The translations under genes and the position numbers were made by a program. Below, piece by piece: positions 30,498 to 40,927 of a stretch of DNA of 64,000 nt. The notes beneath the pieces were generated by a model. That model saw nothing but the letters and a program-made list of their open reading frames with translations, searched no databases and was not told the origin of the DNA. The stretch spans positions 41,074-105,073 of the forward strand of contig NJBH01000012.1 in assembly GCA_005223125.1 (NCBI GenBank). The letters run 5' to 3'. Positions within the stretch are counted from its first letter, which is position 1. Each line of letters opens with the position of its first letter. The stretch is from Promethearchaeota archaeon Loki_b32 (GTDB taxonomy: Archaea > Asgardarchaeota > Lokiarchaeia > Sigyniarchaeales > SOKP01).

Positions 30498-31763
30498 TTA
30501 TACCTTAAAAGCCCATTCTCCATTTCGCATTATTGGTTCAAATGTACCATCTTCAGTAATTCCATCAACGTCCATTTCACCTGAGCCTATCATGAAATCA
30601 ATGTGGATAAGGCTTAGATTGCCCCCAACTCCTGCAAAGTCATCATCTGACATTTCCTCCCCATTCTCAAGATTGAATTTCCTCGCTCTCCCAAATGCAA
30701 CATGAATGGCCGCATTTTCATCGATAAGAGTATTATAAAAAAGCAAATCAGATTGTGATATGGGTGAACTATGCGGAACTAGTGCTATTTCACCAAGATA
30801 CCGGGCTCCGTTATCCGTTTCAAGTGTTTTAAGCAAAAAATCTGCACCCTTTTTTGCCTTTACTTCAATTATTCTTCCTTCAGAGAATTTTAGTCTGAAA
30901 TCTTCAATTATTACACCCCCATAATAGAGTGGTTTAGTGCTTGACACAATCCCTTCAGTTTTATCTTTATGGGGTATAGTGAAAATCTCCTCAGTTGGCA
31001 TATTAGGTGTAAAATTAATCCCATTTTGAGTAGTAGTGATTCCACCTACCCATTTATGGCCTTTAGGTAAACCGATTGTTAAATCTGTTCCAGGAGCAAT
31101 CAATTTTAATTCATTATATTTTTTACTATTTAGATAGTCTTTTCTTTTACCAAGCTGGTCGATATGATCTCGCCACGCGGAAATAGGATCTTTTTCCTTA
31201 ACCCGACAAATTTCAAAAATAGAATCCCAAAGTTTAGCTTTTCGACTTTTTTTAGGGAAAGTTGGGAAGACTTTATTTGCCCATCCATCAGTTGCTCCTG
31301 AAGCTGCTAACCAGTTCATTGCATTCTTAGAAATTAAATCAGATAGAGGCTTTACATGCTTGAAAAATGTTTGCTGAAATTTTGTAATTAATTGGGGATC
31401 TTGCTCACGAAGTAACTCAGGGTCAGAACTAACAATAACAAGGTCTGCATCCCCAGCTTCACCAATTTTAACTTCTGCATCAATTCTCCATTTCGGAAAT
31501 ACTTCGAAGGAGTCTTTAGGGGCATGTTGGAATCTGATTAACCGCAATTGATCATCACCCCACATCACATCAACCAATCTAGCACCAATTTGATAAGCTT
31601 CTTTGGCAATCAATCGCACTAAGGGAGCAAATTCTAAGGGTGTGCCATCATTACTCAAAGTGAGTCCACCTATAAGTAACCGTTGTCCAGGTTGAAGATT
31701 TAATCCTACTTTAACGATAACTTTAGCATACTTTTTTAAATTTTGCTCAAATTCTGAAGACAT
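30498..31763 (-). CDS. Aminopeptidase, M29 family, copy 2 (conserved Tyr replaced)
   Basis: NMPTEE, GEIALV, DENAAIHVAFGRAR, HIDFM. Confidence 0.95.
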   Translation of the reverse strand: MSSEFEQNLKKYAKVIVKVGLNLQPGQRLLIGGLTLSNDGTPLEFAPLVRLIAKEAYQIGARLVDVMWGDDQLRLIRFQHAPKDSFEVFPKWRIDAEVKIGEAGDADLVIVSSDPELLREQDPQLITKFQQTFFKHVKPLSDLISKNAMNWLAASGATDGWANKVFPTFPKKSRKAKLWDSIFEICRVKEKDPISAWRDHIDQLGKRKDYLNSKKYNELKLIAPGTDLTIGLPKGHKWVGGITTTQNGINFTPNMPTEEIFTIPHKDKTEGIVSSTKPLYYGGVIIEDFRLKFSEGRIIEVKAKKGADFLLKTLETDNGARYLGEIALVPHSSPISQSDLLFYNTLIDENAAIHVAFGRARKFNLENGEEMSDDDFAGVGGNLSLIHIDFMIGSGEMDVDGITEDGTFEPIMRNGEWAFKV

Positions 31764-31860
31764 TGGATTTTCCTTTAAATTTTTAATTTTGATTAATACT
31801 GTTAGATTATATTTATTATATTAATGTTTTACATTTTGGAAGTTCTAACAAGAATTCAAA

Positions 31861-33126
31861 TTATACCTCAAAAGCCCATTCTCCCTTCCTCATAATTGGT
31901 TCAGCATTTCCATTATCTAATATTCCGTCAACATCCATTTCCCCTGAACCAAACATACAATCAATATGAATAAGGCTATTATTACCACCTAGGGCTGCAA
32001 ATTCTTTATCAGATAAAGTTTCGCCACCCTTAAAACTAAATTTATAACCTCGACCCAAAGCAATATGATTTGAAGCATTTTCATCAAGGAGAATATTATA
32101 GTAGAGTAATCCTGATTGTGAGATAGGTGAGCTGTGTGGAACAAGAGCAATTTCCCCTAAATAACTTGCACCTTCGTCTGTTTCAATTAAGTTACGTAGT
32201 AAATCTTCACCCTTTTTAGCAACAACTTCCACAATCTTTCCTTTAGAAAAAGTGAGTGTATAATTCTCTACTAAGCTTCCACTATAGTAAAGTGGTTTTG
32301 TACCTTTTACAACACCTTCAGTTTTATCTTTATGAGGTATTGTAAATACTTCTTCTGTTGGAATATTTGCTGTAAAATCGATACCATTTTGACTAGTCAT
32401 AGAACCACTATGCCACATATGCCCTTTTGGTAAACCTATTGTTAAATCTGTCCCAGTTGCAGTAAATTTTAATGACATATATTCCTTTTGGTTAAGATAA
32501 TTACTTCTAGAAGCAAGTTGATTTACATGATCTTGCCAAGCAGAAACAGGATCTTTATGTTTTATACGACAAATATCAAAGATTATATCCCAAAATTTAT
32601 CTTTTCGCTTATCTGGTGGGATATCGGGAAAAACTTTATCAACCCATCCATCTATAGGAGCAGTGATGACTGCCCAGTTCATTGTATTTTGTACAACTAA
32701 ATCCATGATAGGTGCCATGTGCTTAAAAAATGTCTGTTGCGAAATATTTACTAATTTAGGATCTTCATTAATCAGCAAATCAGGATTCTCTGCGTATATA
32801 ACGAGTATTGCATCTCCAGATTTACCTATATCATGTACTAAATCGGTTCTCCATGAAGGAAACTCCTCAAATGAATCCTTAGGGGCATATTTATATCTTA
32901 ATAGCTGTAATTGATAGTCAATCCACATGACATCCACAAATCTAGCACCTACTTTATAAGCTTTAGCTACAATCAATCTCACTAATGGGGCTAATTCAAT
33001 AGGAGCATAAGTATCTGAGAATATAGGTGCCCCGATTAACAAATGCTGCCCAGATTGTAAATTAAGCCCTACTTTAATGATTACATCGGCATATTTGTCC
33101 AAATTCAGTTCAAATTCTGAAGACAT
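31861..33126 (-). CDS. Aminopeptidase, M29 family, copy 3
   Basis: NIPTEE, GEIALV, DENASNHIALGRGY, HIDCM. Confidence 0.95.
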   Translation of the reverse strand: MSSEFELNLDKYADVIIKVGLNLQSGQHLLIGAPIFSDTYAPIELAPLVRLIVAKAYKVGARFVDVMWIDYQLQLLRYKYAPKDSFEEFPSWRTDLVHDIGKSGDAILVIYAENPDLLINEDPKLVNISQQTFFKHMAPIMDLVVQNTMNWAVITAPIDGWVDKVFPDIPPDKRKDKFWDIIFDICRIKHKDPVSAWQDHVNQLASRSNYLNQKEYMSLKFTATGTDLTIGLPKGHMWHSGSMTSQNGIDFTANIPTEEVFTIPHKDKTEGVVKGTKPLYYSGSLVENYTLTFSKGKIVEVVAKKGEDLLRNLIETDEGASYLGEIALVPHSSPISQSGLLYYNILLDENASNHIALGRGYKFSFKGGETLSDKEFAALGGNNSLIHIDCMFGSGEMDVDGILDNGNAEPIMRKGEWAFEV

Positions 33127-33354
33127 TGGATATTCATTTAAATTTTTGAATTTAATTAATATTATTGGATTTTATTACTATTTAAAAGTTTTACAATTAT
33201 CGAATTGATTTTAAAATATAGGAATTAAAAGCTTATACTTCATCTTTTTTTGATATTTTAACTTCAAGTCTTGATTCTTAATCGTTGTATTTTTAGATAT
33301 GTTTAATATGATTTTTAGTCAATATTTTTATCTATTTTTTCATTAGATTAATTT

Positions 33355-33795
33355 ATGTCGAAAACAGAAATCGTTAAATTTGATGACTATAGTGAGGGAG
33401 ATTCGGCCTCTTGTAGTAAGACTATTACTGAAGCAGATGTAATCTTATTTGCAGGCATCAGTGGAGATTTCAATCCTCTTCATGTGAATGAGCAATTTGC
33501 AAAAACCCAAATGTTTGGTACACGGGTAGTGCATGGTGCTTTCAGTTCAGCATTAATTTCAGCAGTACTTGGTGTTCATTTATTTGGTCCAGGAGCCCTT
33601 TATGCTTCACAAAAGGTAGTATTTAAAAAACCAGTATATATTGGAGATACATTAACTGCAGTTGCAACAATAACAAAGAAATACACTAAAGAAGGTAAAA
33701 GTGGAACACTACAATTTCTAGATGTAGAAACAAAAGTATTGAACCAAAAAGATGAAGTTGTTACAGACGGAGAAGCCCAAGTACTAGTCATGTAA
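33355..33795 (+). CDS. MaoC/PhaJ-like (R)-enoyl-CoA hydratase
   Basis: FAGISGDFNPLH...HG, FKKPVYIGDTL. Confidence 0.92.
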   Translation: MSKTEIVKFDDYSEGDSASCSKTITEADVILFAGISGDFNPLHVNEQFAKTQMFGTRVVHGAFSSALISAVLGVHLFGPGALYASQKVVFKKPVYIGDTLTAVATITKKYTKEGKSGTLQFLDVETKVLNQKDEVVTDGEAQVLVM

Positions 33796-33940
33796 CATTT
33801 TTTTTTCTTTTTTCATATTTTAACAATGCGTTTTTTCTTTCATTTCATTTTATTTTTTTTTTATTTCGCCCCTCAGCTCTTTGAGCAAATGTTTTCGAAA
33901 AATTTTTTGTATTTGCTTTATTTTTTTTAAATGGTATGAA

Positions 33941-35077
33941 ATGTCAGAAAAAGTCGAAGATCGAATAAAAGAACTAGAAGAACGATTGGCTTCCACCAAG
34001 GTAAACAAAGCTACACAAAAAAGTATAAATTTCATTAAAGCACAACTAGCCAAACTCCGCGAAGATTTGATTCGCATTGCCAGTTCTAAAAAAGGAGGTG
34101 GCGGTGGCTTTGGAATAAAAAAATCTGGAGATGCTCAGGTATCTTTTATTGGATATCCTTCAGTAGGAAAATCTTCCTTACTTAACTTGCTTACCGGAGG
34201 GAAAACTCATTCTAAAGTAGCAGCGTACGAGTTTACAACGGTAACAGCTATACCCGGTATGATGAATATTGAAGATGCTAAAATACAGCTTATTGATTTG
34301 CCAGGGGTAATTTTAGGTGCAGCTACAGGAAAAGGACGTGGTAAGGAAGTGTTGGGGGCAGTAAGGACTGCTGAGTTAATTTTAATTATTATATGTTTTC
34401 GTCAAGATGGAACTATTAATATCACAGACTTAGATTTAATTAGAAAAGAATTAAATGACGCTGGGATTCGGTTAAACACTCAACCCCCACGGATTCAGAT
34501 AAAGGAACGAAACCAAGGAGGTATACATTTCACATATAATGGGAATCAATTAATGGATACAGAAGAAGTTAAATCTTTAATGAATGATTTGAAAATTCGT
34601 AATGCGGGTGTTTACTTCGCCGAACCTGACATTATCCCAGATCAATTAATAGATTTCGTTTTAGGTAATCGAGTTTATACAAGAGAATTTGTTGTCATAA
34701 ATAAATCTGATTTAATGGAAGCTCCAATTCCCCCTGAAAAGATTACAGAAGCAATTGGTCATGAACATTGGGTTATGGTCTCAGCGAAAAATAAAGAAAA
34801 TATTAATACGCTTAAGCATAATATCTTCATGGAGCTGAATTTAATACGAGTGTTTTTGAAGCCACCAAGACAGGAAGCTGATATGAATGAGCCAATAATT
34901 CTTCACCGGGGCGATACACTAAAGAAACTCTGTCGTAAAATTCACAAACGATTCATAAGCGATTATCGCTACTCGTTAGTATGGGGTAAATCTGCTAAGC
35001 ACCCCGGTCAAAAATTTGATAACCTAGATCACGTAGTTGAGGATGGTGACATAATTTCAATTTATCTGAAGCGATAG
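33941..35077 (+). CDS. DRG (OBG-family) GTPase with TGS domain
   Basis: NKAT...LKA-like N-terminus, GYPSVGKS, AYEFTT, DLPG, NKSD, VWGKSAKHPGQ; ATG at 33941 preferred to the TTG at 33881. Confidence 0.93.
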   Translation: MSEKVEDRIKELEERLASTKVNKATQKSINFIKAQLAKLREDLIRIASSKKGGGGGFGIKKSGDAQVSFIGYPSVGKSSLLNLLTGGKTHSKVAAYEFTTVTAIPGMMNIEDAKIQLIDLPGVILGAATGKGRGKEVLGAVRTAELILIIICFRQDGTINITDLDLIRKELNDAGIRLNTQPPRIQIKERNQGGIHFTYNGNQLMDTEEVKSLMNDLKIRNAGVYFAEPDIIPDQLIDFVLGNRVYTREFVVINKSDLMEAPIPPEKITEAIGHEHWVMVSAKNKENINTLKHNIFMELNLIRVFLKPPRQEADMNEPIILHRGDTLKKLCRKIHKRFISDYRYSLVWGKSAKHPGQKFDNLDHVVEDGDIISIYLKR

Positions 35078-35582
35078 TAGGAATGAAGAATTTAAATCTT
35101 TAAAATCAACAAAATTAGAGAAGAATTATTCTATTCATTAATTTCTTTATTAATTAAACTTTTAAAATGTTATATTAAAACTTAATACTAATGTCAGTAA
35201 ATCTTGTTAATGGAAATATTGATATTAGTAGAAAAGCTGAAACATTAATATATTAAACAATAAAAGATATTCATTTTTTCATCGTTTTAAGTTCATAAAA
35301 AAATAAAAAAATAAGAGTTTGATGGGAAATATTAATAGAATTAGAAAAAAATCAAAAATAAAAAAAAAGTTATATATGTACACATCATTTTTAAGAGGGA
35401 TGGACTCTATATCAAATCAAGCTGGACCATTAATGTATTCAAAGATGGATGAACTAGCTATTAAGTTAGGGATTTCTAAAGAGGAGCGAATTTCTTCGTA
35501 AAAATATTAAAAAAAGCCCCTTTTTTTATTTCTGAATATAAACTTTAACGTGTCATAATATTCCAGAACAAAATCTAAAGTT

Positions 35583-35687
35583 TTCCTATAAGTAAGGGAA
35601 AAGGAAAAATTTTATTTGTATCTTAGATGTTTAAAATAAGATTAAGATATTTTTAGAAATCATTCTGAGTCAATATAACTGAGCATT
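35583..35687 (+). promoter_or_regulatory. Duplicated promoter/operator element, copy A
   Basis: Colinear with 37885-37988; 21-bp identical core TTAGATGTTTAAAATAAGATT at 35623-35643. Confidence 0.7.
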
Positions 35688-35753
35688 TCAAATTTAGACA
35701 ATAAATCTTTTCTATCAATTCTTTTTTAAATCATAGATTCTTATATCAAACTC

Positions 35754-36479
35754 ATGAAAAAGCAATATTTAAGCGAAATTATGGATCATCCTCTTTTGGG
35801 AAAATTACTTCCTGTTGATTTTAGCCCTTTAAAGACATGCTCCTTTAACTGTTATTATTGTAGTCTAGGAAAAACTACTAAAATAACTATGGAACGGGAG
35901 GAATTTTATCCAGTTAAAGATGTTTTTCAGGAAGTTGATTCATATATACAACAAAATGACTCTCCTGATACGATCATCCTTACAGGAAGCGGTGAACCTG
36001 CATTATATTCGAAATTTGGAGAATTAGCACGAAAAATCAAAGAGAAATATCCTTCCATTACGATAACAGCATATTCAAATGCGTCTTTGTTGACTGATCC
36101 TGAAGTACGAAAAGATTTTTGTGAATGTGATGTAATGCAATTCAATTTAAATGCTGTTAACGCTGAAGAATTCCGAAAATTAAATAGACACCATGGTAAT
36201 GTAAGAATTGAGGATGTTCTTGAAGGAATGAAGAAATTTAAAACTGAGTTTAATAAACCAATCTGGATTCATTCTATTTTTGGTAATAATTTTAATATCT
36301 CCGAAGAAAACATTATCGGATTGCGAGATTTTATAGCTGAATTCAAACCAGAAAAATATATTATTCGGAAATTTGAAATAGAAAATGATGTGAAACCATT
36401 AAGTAATAAAACTATCAATTTCATTAAATCTCATATGGATTCTTTAGATTGTGAATGTAAATACATGGGATTTGATTAA
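35754..36479 (+). CDS. Radical SAM protein (TYW1-like Fe-S oxidoreductase family)
   Basis: KTCSFNCYYCSLG, TGSGEP, SNASLL. Confidence 0.85.
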   Translation: MKKQYLSEIMDHPLLGKLLPVDFSPLKTCSFNCYYCSLGKTTKITMEREEFYPVKDVFQEVDSYIQQNDSPDTIILTGSGEPALYSKFGELARKIKEKYPSITITAYSNASLLTDPEVRKDFCECDVMQFNLNAVNAEEFRKLNRHHGNVRIEDVLEGMKKFKTEFNKPIWIHSIFGNNFNISEENIIGLRDFIAEFKPEKYIIRKFEIENDVKPLSNKTINFIKSHMDSLDCECKYMGFD

Positions 36480-36523
36480 TGAGAATCATAGACTCATTTT
36501 TCAGAATTTGTACAGTTATAAAA

Positions 36524-37801
36524 TCAATTTTGCGGGAAAAACAAAACAGTTGGAACTAAATTTCCTTTAAGAGACAATCTCTCATTTTTTGCGAGATTTA
36601 CTAGTTTGGATGCTAAATAATTTATTGATTGTTCGGCAGAATCAAGATTAAATAGGTTTCTATATTTAGAATCATCTGGATTTGATAGAACTGTTTTTTG
36701 CCAATTCAAGCCTAAAGCATTTGCCTGTAATTGTAACCCTGCAAGTGCCATCCCTGCTTCAATCTCAGCCCAATATTTTAGATTCATAACTTTATGCATA
36801 AATCCAGCACAGGGTTTCTTTCTATCTATACATAATAGAATAGCATAATTGGAGAAATTAATGCCAAGTTCCTTTTCAATTTCGCCTTTAGAACTATCTG
36901 AAGTATAATATTGAAGAAAATGATCATAAGTTATCTTTTCATTCACACTAGTCCATCTATTTAACGCAGAATATCCAACAGGATTATATATATATGATCC
37001 TTTTGGTAGGTTAGCAAGGTCCTCTACAATAACTATTGGATAAACAGCATAACCAGCGCATCCGGAAGCATGAACTCTACCATAACCGTTTTTCTCTAAA
37101 GCATCTCTATTTCCATGAGTCGCATGGTCATTTTCTCCTTGACAAGCCCATAATAATTGAGAGATTTCATGTAAATTCGTATAATTTGGGGTTTTTTTAT
37201 CTGTTTGATTAAAGATAGCAGTATCTAATGGTACTCCTTCATATCGATTTTTATAAATCAAGCGATCTTTGTAGCATGATGGAGTGTCGAGTAATACAGT
37301 ACCTTCCTCAACTTCTTTTTGAATAGGTTTTGAGGTATCCTCTACTAATTCTCGTCGATCTCGTTCTCGAACTGCTACTGAATAAAAAAAGACATGATTT
37401 TGATTGAGTTCAGTATTAATTAGTTTATTATATTTTTTCGGAGCTCTTGCACGTTGTGACACTCCAAGCCCCATACTTTCCACTTTTAATGAGAGATATT
37501 GCCAAATAAGCCCTACATCGATTAATTCATTTAACGCAATTGATTCTTTCCAAATCAATTCCGGATAGAGCTCCATTGAATATTGAGTTTTTTCTTTACC
37601 TGTAATTAGCGTTAAATCTTCATCTTTATACGAATATATTCCACCCGAAGATTCTTCTCCATCGGGCAGTACTACAAATAAAGATTTTGAAGGTGCCGCT
37701 TGGTTGGTCGATTTACAAATATTTAGGATTTCCCCTTTCGATAAAGTTCGACCCTCCCCAGAGCAGTCTTTACGACTTGCTAAACATTCTTGTAAACTCA
37801 T
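36524..37801 (-). CDS. Nitroreductase/SagB-ThcOx-fold protein with two tandem domains
   Basis: ISQLLWACQG, RVHASGCAGYAVYPIVIV, EAGMALAGLQLQANALGL; a degenerate N-terminal copy (SRKDC...VGLIWQYLSLKVESMGLG). Confidence 0.6.
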   Translation of the reverse strand: MSLQECLASRKDCSGEGRTLSKGEILNICKSTNQAAPSKSLFVVLPDGEESSGGIYSYKDEDLTLITGKEKTQYSMELYPELIWKESIALNELIDVGLIWQYLSLKVESMGLGVSQRARAPKKYNKLINTELNQNHVFFYSVAVRERDRRELVEDTSKPIQKEVEEGTVLLDTPSCYKDRLIYKNRYEGVPLDTAIFNQTDKKTPNYTNLHEISQLLWACQGENDHATHGNRDALEKNGYGRVHASGCAGYAVYPIVIVEDLANLPKGSYIYNPVGYSALNRWTSVNEKITYDHFLQYYTSDSSKGEIEKELGINFSNYAILLCIDRKKPCAGFMHKVMNLKYWAEIEAGMALAGLQLQANALGLNWQKTVLSNPDDSKYRNLFNLDSAEQSINYLASKLVNLAKNERLSLKGNLVPTVLFFPQN

Positions 37802-37884
37802 TTTTAATTCAATTTTTTATCTATTTAACTGTACTTAGACATTTATTTCAAATTAAATTTGTGATAAGTAATTTTCTAATAAAA

Positions 37885-37988
37885 TTCCCATAAATATGGG
37901 AAAAGGTAAAATTTTTTATGTAATTTAGATGTTTAAAATAAGATTGAAATTTTATGAAATCGTTCTCAGTCATTAGAACCGAGAAATT
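37885..37988 (+). promoter_or_regulatory. Duplicated promoter/operator element, copy B
   Basis: Perfect IR TTCCCATA-aa-TATGGGAA (37885-37902); 21-bp core at 37925-37945; IR TTCTCAGT...ACCGAGAA (37963-37985). Confidence 0.7.
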
Positions 37989-38029
37989 ATTAATTTAAAT
38001 GAAAAGATATATGAAAGGAGGAATACTGT

Positions 38030-39610
38030 ATGACTTGGCTTAATCTTGGTGAAATTGTAAATGTTAATGCATATAAATATCCAAACAAACTTGCTCTGAA
38101 AGATGCAAGGCGTCAATTAACATTTGAAGAATTAAATGAAAGAACTAATAAACTTGCCAATGGAATTCTTAAAAATGGGATAAAAAAGGGGGATAAGATA
38201 GCTATATTATCTAATAATTCGATAGAGTTTATGGAAATTTATGTTGCAGCCGCGAAAGGAGGATTTATAATCGTTCCTTTAAATTTTCGCTTACATCCAG
38301 ATGATATTTCTTTTATAATTAATAATTCGGATGCAAAATGGTTATTCGTAGAATCCCGATTCCGTGAAGCAACGGAAAAAATATGGTTAAGAGCTAAAGA
38401 ATTAGGATTTGAAAATGTTGAACGTGTCTTGATTGACGATGAACCAGCAAAAAGTTGGAAATTTTTTGAAGATATTGTAGAAATGGGAGAAAACTCTTAT
38501 CCTTTAATCAAAATTAAGCCTGAAGATACGTGGATTATTCTATATACATCAGGTACAACTGGGAAACCTAAAGGTGTAATCCGTTCACATCGTTCTTATA
38601 TAGCATTTTTCTTAATTAATGGAGTTGAATTTTCCTTTACACCCCAGGATTATGGGATGATCCTGATGCCGCTCTCTCATGTAAATTCTACATTCTATTC
38701 ATTTGTCTTTATATATATAGGAGCACCAGTTTATATCCATATCGAGTATAACTTTGATCCAGAGGAAATTTTAAAGATAATTGATCAAGAGAAAATAACT
38801 TTTACTTCTATGATACCTACTCATTATAATTTGATATTAAGTCTTCCTGAGGAAGTAAAACAAAAGTATGATCTTAGTTCTGTAACGTCATTATTGACTT
38901 CTTCCGCGCCTGCTACTAAGCAAATGAAATTAGATGTAATGAATCTCTTTATTAAAACAAAACTCTTTGAAGCTTATGGTTCAACAGAAGCAGGGCTTGT
39001 AACTCTCCTTAGACCTGAAGATCAAATGAATAAGTTAGGTTCAATTGGAAAAGAGTGTATTGGAACAGATTGTATAAAGCTTTTAGATGAAGACGGAAAT
39101 CCAGTTCCTATAGGAGACATTGGAGAACTGTATTCCCGTGGCCCACAAATGTTTGATGAATATTACAAATTACCAGAAAAAACTAAAGATTCTTTTAAAG
39201 GAGAATTTTTCAGTGCTGGTGATATGGGTAAAAAAGACGAAGAAGGGTTTTATACGCTCGTAGATAGAAAAGCAAACATGCTTATCTCTGGTGGAGAACA
39301 TGTTTATCCATCTGAAGTTGAAAAAGTTCTTGTTTCACATCCGTCGGTTATTGAATGCGCTGTAATCGGTTTACAAGATTACAAGTGGGGTGAAAAAGTC
39401 ACAGCAGTTTGTATTTTAAATAAAGAAATAGTACCTTCCGATGAAATAACTAAAGAACTCCGTCAATATTGCGATGATAAGTTAGCAAGATTTAAAATCC
39501 CAAAAGATGTTTTATACATTAATTCAGATGAGATGCCTAGAACTGGTTCTGGAAAAGTTATTCACCGATTATTAAGAGAACGATTTAATAAGCAAATTAA
39601 TAATGAATAA
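38030..39610 (+). CDS. Acyl/aryl-CoA ligase (AMP-forming)
   Basis: YTSGTTGKPKG, YGSTE, GDMG, DRKANMLISGGEHVYPSEVE, PRTGSGK. Confidence 0.92.
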   Translation: MTWLNLGEIVNVNAYKYPNKLALKDARRQLTFEELNERTNKLANGILKNGIKKGDKIAILSNNSIEFMEIYVAAAKGGFIIVPLNFRLHPDDISFIINNSDAKWLFVESRFREATEKIWLRAKELGFENVERVLIDDEPAKSWKFFEDIVEMGENSYPLIKIKPEDTWIILYTSGTTGKPKGVIRSHRSYIAFFLINGVEFSFTPQDYGMILMPLSHVNSTFYSFVFIYIGAPVYIHIEYNFDPEEILKIIDQEKITFTSMIPTHYNLILSLPEEVKQKYDLSSVTSLLTSSAPATKQMKLDVMNLFIKTKLFEAYGSTEAGLVTLLRPEDQMNKLGSIGKECIGTDCIKLLDEDGNPVPIGDIGELYSRGPQMFDEYYKLPEKTKDSFKGEFFSAGDMGKKDEEGFYTLVDRKANMLISGGEHVYPSEVEKVLVSHPSVIECAVIGLQDYKWGEKVTAVCILNKEIVPSDEITKELRQYCDDKLARFKIPKDVLYINSDEMPRTGSGKVIHRLLRERFNKQINNE

Positions 39611-39657
39611 GAAATTATCAAAATAACAATTAAGAAATAAATTAGGTTGTTAAAAAA

Positions 39658-40866
39658 ATGTCTTTTAAAAAAGCTTACATACCTTATGGACAATACTGGA
39701 GTACTCCTTTTTCAAGGTGGCAAATGAGTTTTCAAAATCTCCATGCTATAAAGTTTGCAGCAGATATAACGACACGCTTTTTAAATGAAAGGGAAATTTC
39801 TCCTAATGACTTTGATGAACTCATATTTGGTATTACAATTCCGCAACTCTATTGTTTCTATGGAGGACCTTGGTTAGCTAGCATGATTGGAGCTGAACAT
39901 GTTACCGGACCTATGATCAGTCAAGCATGTGCTACAGGAACTAATACTATTTCTATCGCGGCTCAGAATATTGAAACAGGAACAAATAAAAATGTACTTG
40001 TAGTAACCGCAGATCGATGTTCTAATGGGCCTCATCTTGTGTATCCGAACCCTCAAGCACCAGGTAGCACGGTGGATGCAGAAAGCTGGGTATGGGATAA
40101 TTTTGGTCGAGATCCATTTGCTAAGAATTCGATGATACAAACTGCTGAAAATGTAGTTAAAGAAGTGGGGATTACTAAAAAGGAACAAGATGAAGTTACT
40201 TTGTTACGTTATAATCAATATCAAGATTCTATGAAAGATAATAGAGCTTTTCAAAAGAAATATATGATAGATCCTATCGAAGTTAAAGATCGGTCTGGAA
40301 GAAAAGTACTTGCAACAGTAGAAGGAGATGAGGGGATATATCCAACCACAATGGAAGGATTATTAAAACTTAGACCAGTACTTCCAGAAGGTACAGTTAC
40401 TTATGGAACTCAAACACATCCAGGAGATGCTAATTGCGGTGTAATTGTCGCTACAAAAGAAAAGGCAGATCAATTAAGGAAAAGAGACGATGTTGAGATT
40501 AGGATTGTATCTTATGGAGAACATAAAACAAAGAAAGGATATATGGCAATGGCGATAGTTCCAGCCGCAAAAAAAGCTTTGGACAATGCCGAGATTACAA
40601 TAAAAGATGTATCAGTTATTAAAACACATAACCCTTTTGCAGTTAATGATGTATATTTCTGTAGAGAGATGGATATCGAATGGAAAGATATGAACAATTA
40701 CGGAAGCTCACTTATATATGGTCATCCTCAAGCACCTACAATGATGAGAATTATTATCGAATTAATAGAAGAATTGGTGGAGAAGGGAGGAGGAATCGGT
40801 TTAGCCGACGGGTGTGCTGCTGGGGATACTGGTGCAGCTCTGGTTTTGGAAGTTAAAGTAGAATGA
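39658..40866 (+). CDS. Thiolase (acetyl-CoA acyltransferase family)
   Basis: QACATG, HNPF, YGHPQ, GCAAGDTG. Confidence 0.88.
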   Translation: MSFKKAYIPYGQYWSTPFSRWQMSFQNLHAIKFAADITTRFLNEREISPNDFDELIFGITIPQLYCFYGGPWLASMIGAEHVTGPMISQACATGTNTISIAAQNIETGTNKNVLVVTADRCSNGPHLVYPNPQAPGSTVDAESWVWDNFGRDPFAKNSMIQTAENVVKEVGITKKEQDEVTLLRYNQYQDSMKDNRAFQKKYMIDPIEVKDRSGRKVLATVEGDEGIYPTTMEGLLKLRPVLPEGTVTYGTQTHPGDANCGVIVATKEKADQLRKRDDVEIRIVSYGEHKTKKGYMAMAIVPAAKKALDNAEITIKDVSVIKTHNPFAVNDVYFCREMDIEWKDMNNYGSSLIYGHPQAPTMMRIIIELIEELVEKGGGIGLADGCAAGDTGAALVLEVKVE

Positions 40867-40927
40867 CTTAAAATCTTATTATTTATTTTTTTAAAAATAG
40901 AATTTAAACAATAGGAAAGTATGTTTA

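Noticed and set aside
35319-37801. RiPP cluster (short ORF + radical SAM + SagB-like)
   Set aside because: No YcaO, SPASM domain or transporter; the genes are convergent; the short ORF 35319..35501 is not precursor-like and may be a gene remnant
38030-39610. Naming the ligase benzoate-CoA ligase (bzdA)
   Set aside because: Only generic adenylate-forming motifs are visible; specificity cannot be read from the sequence
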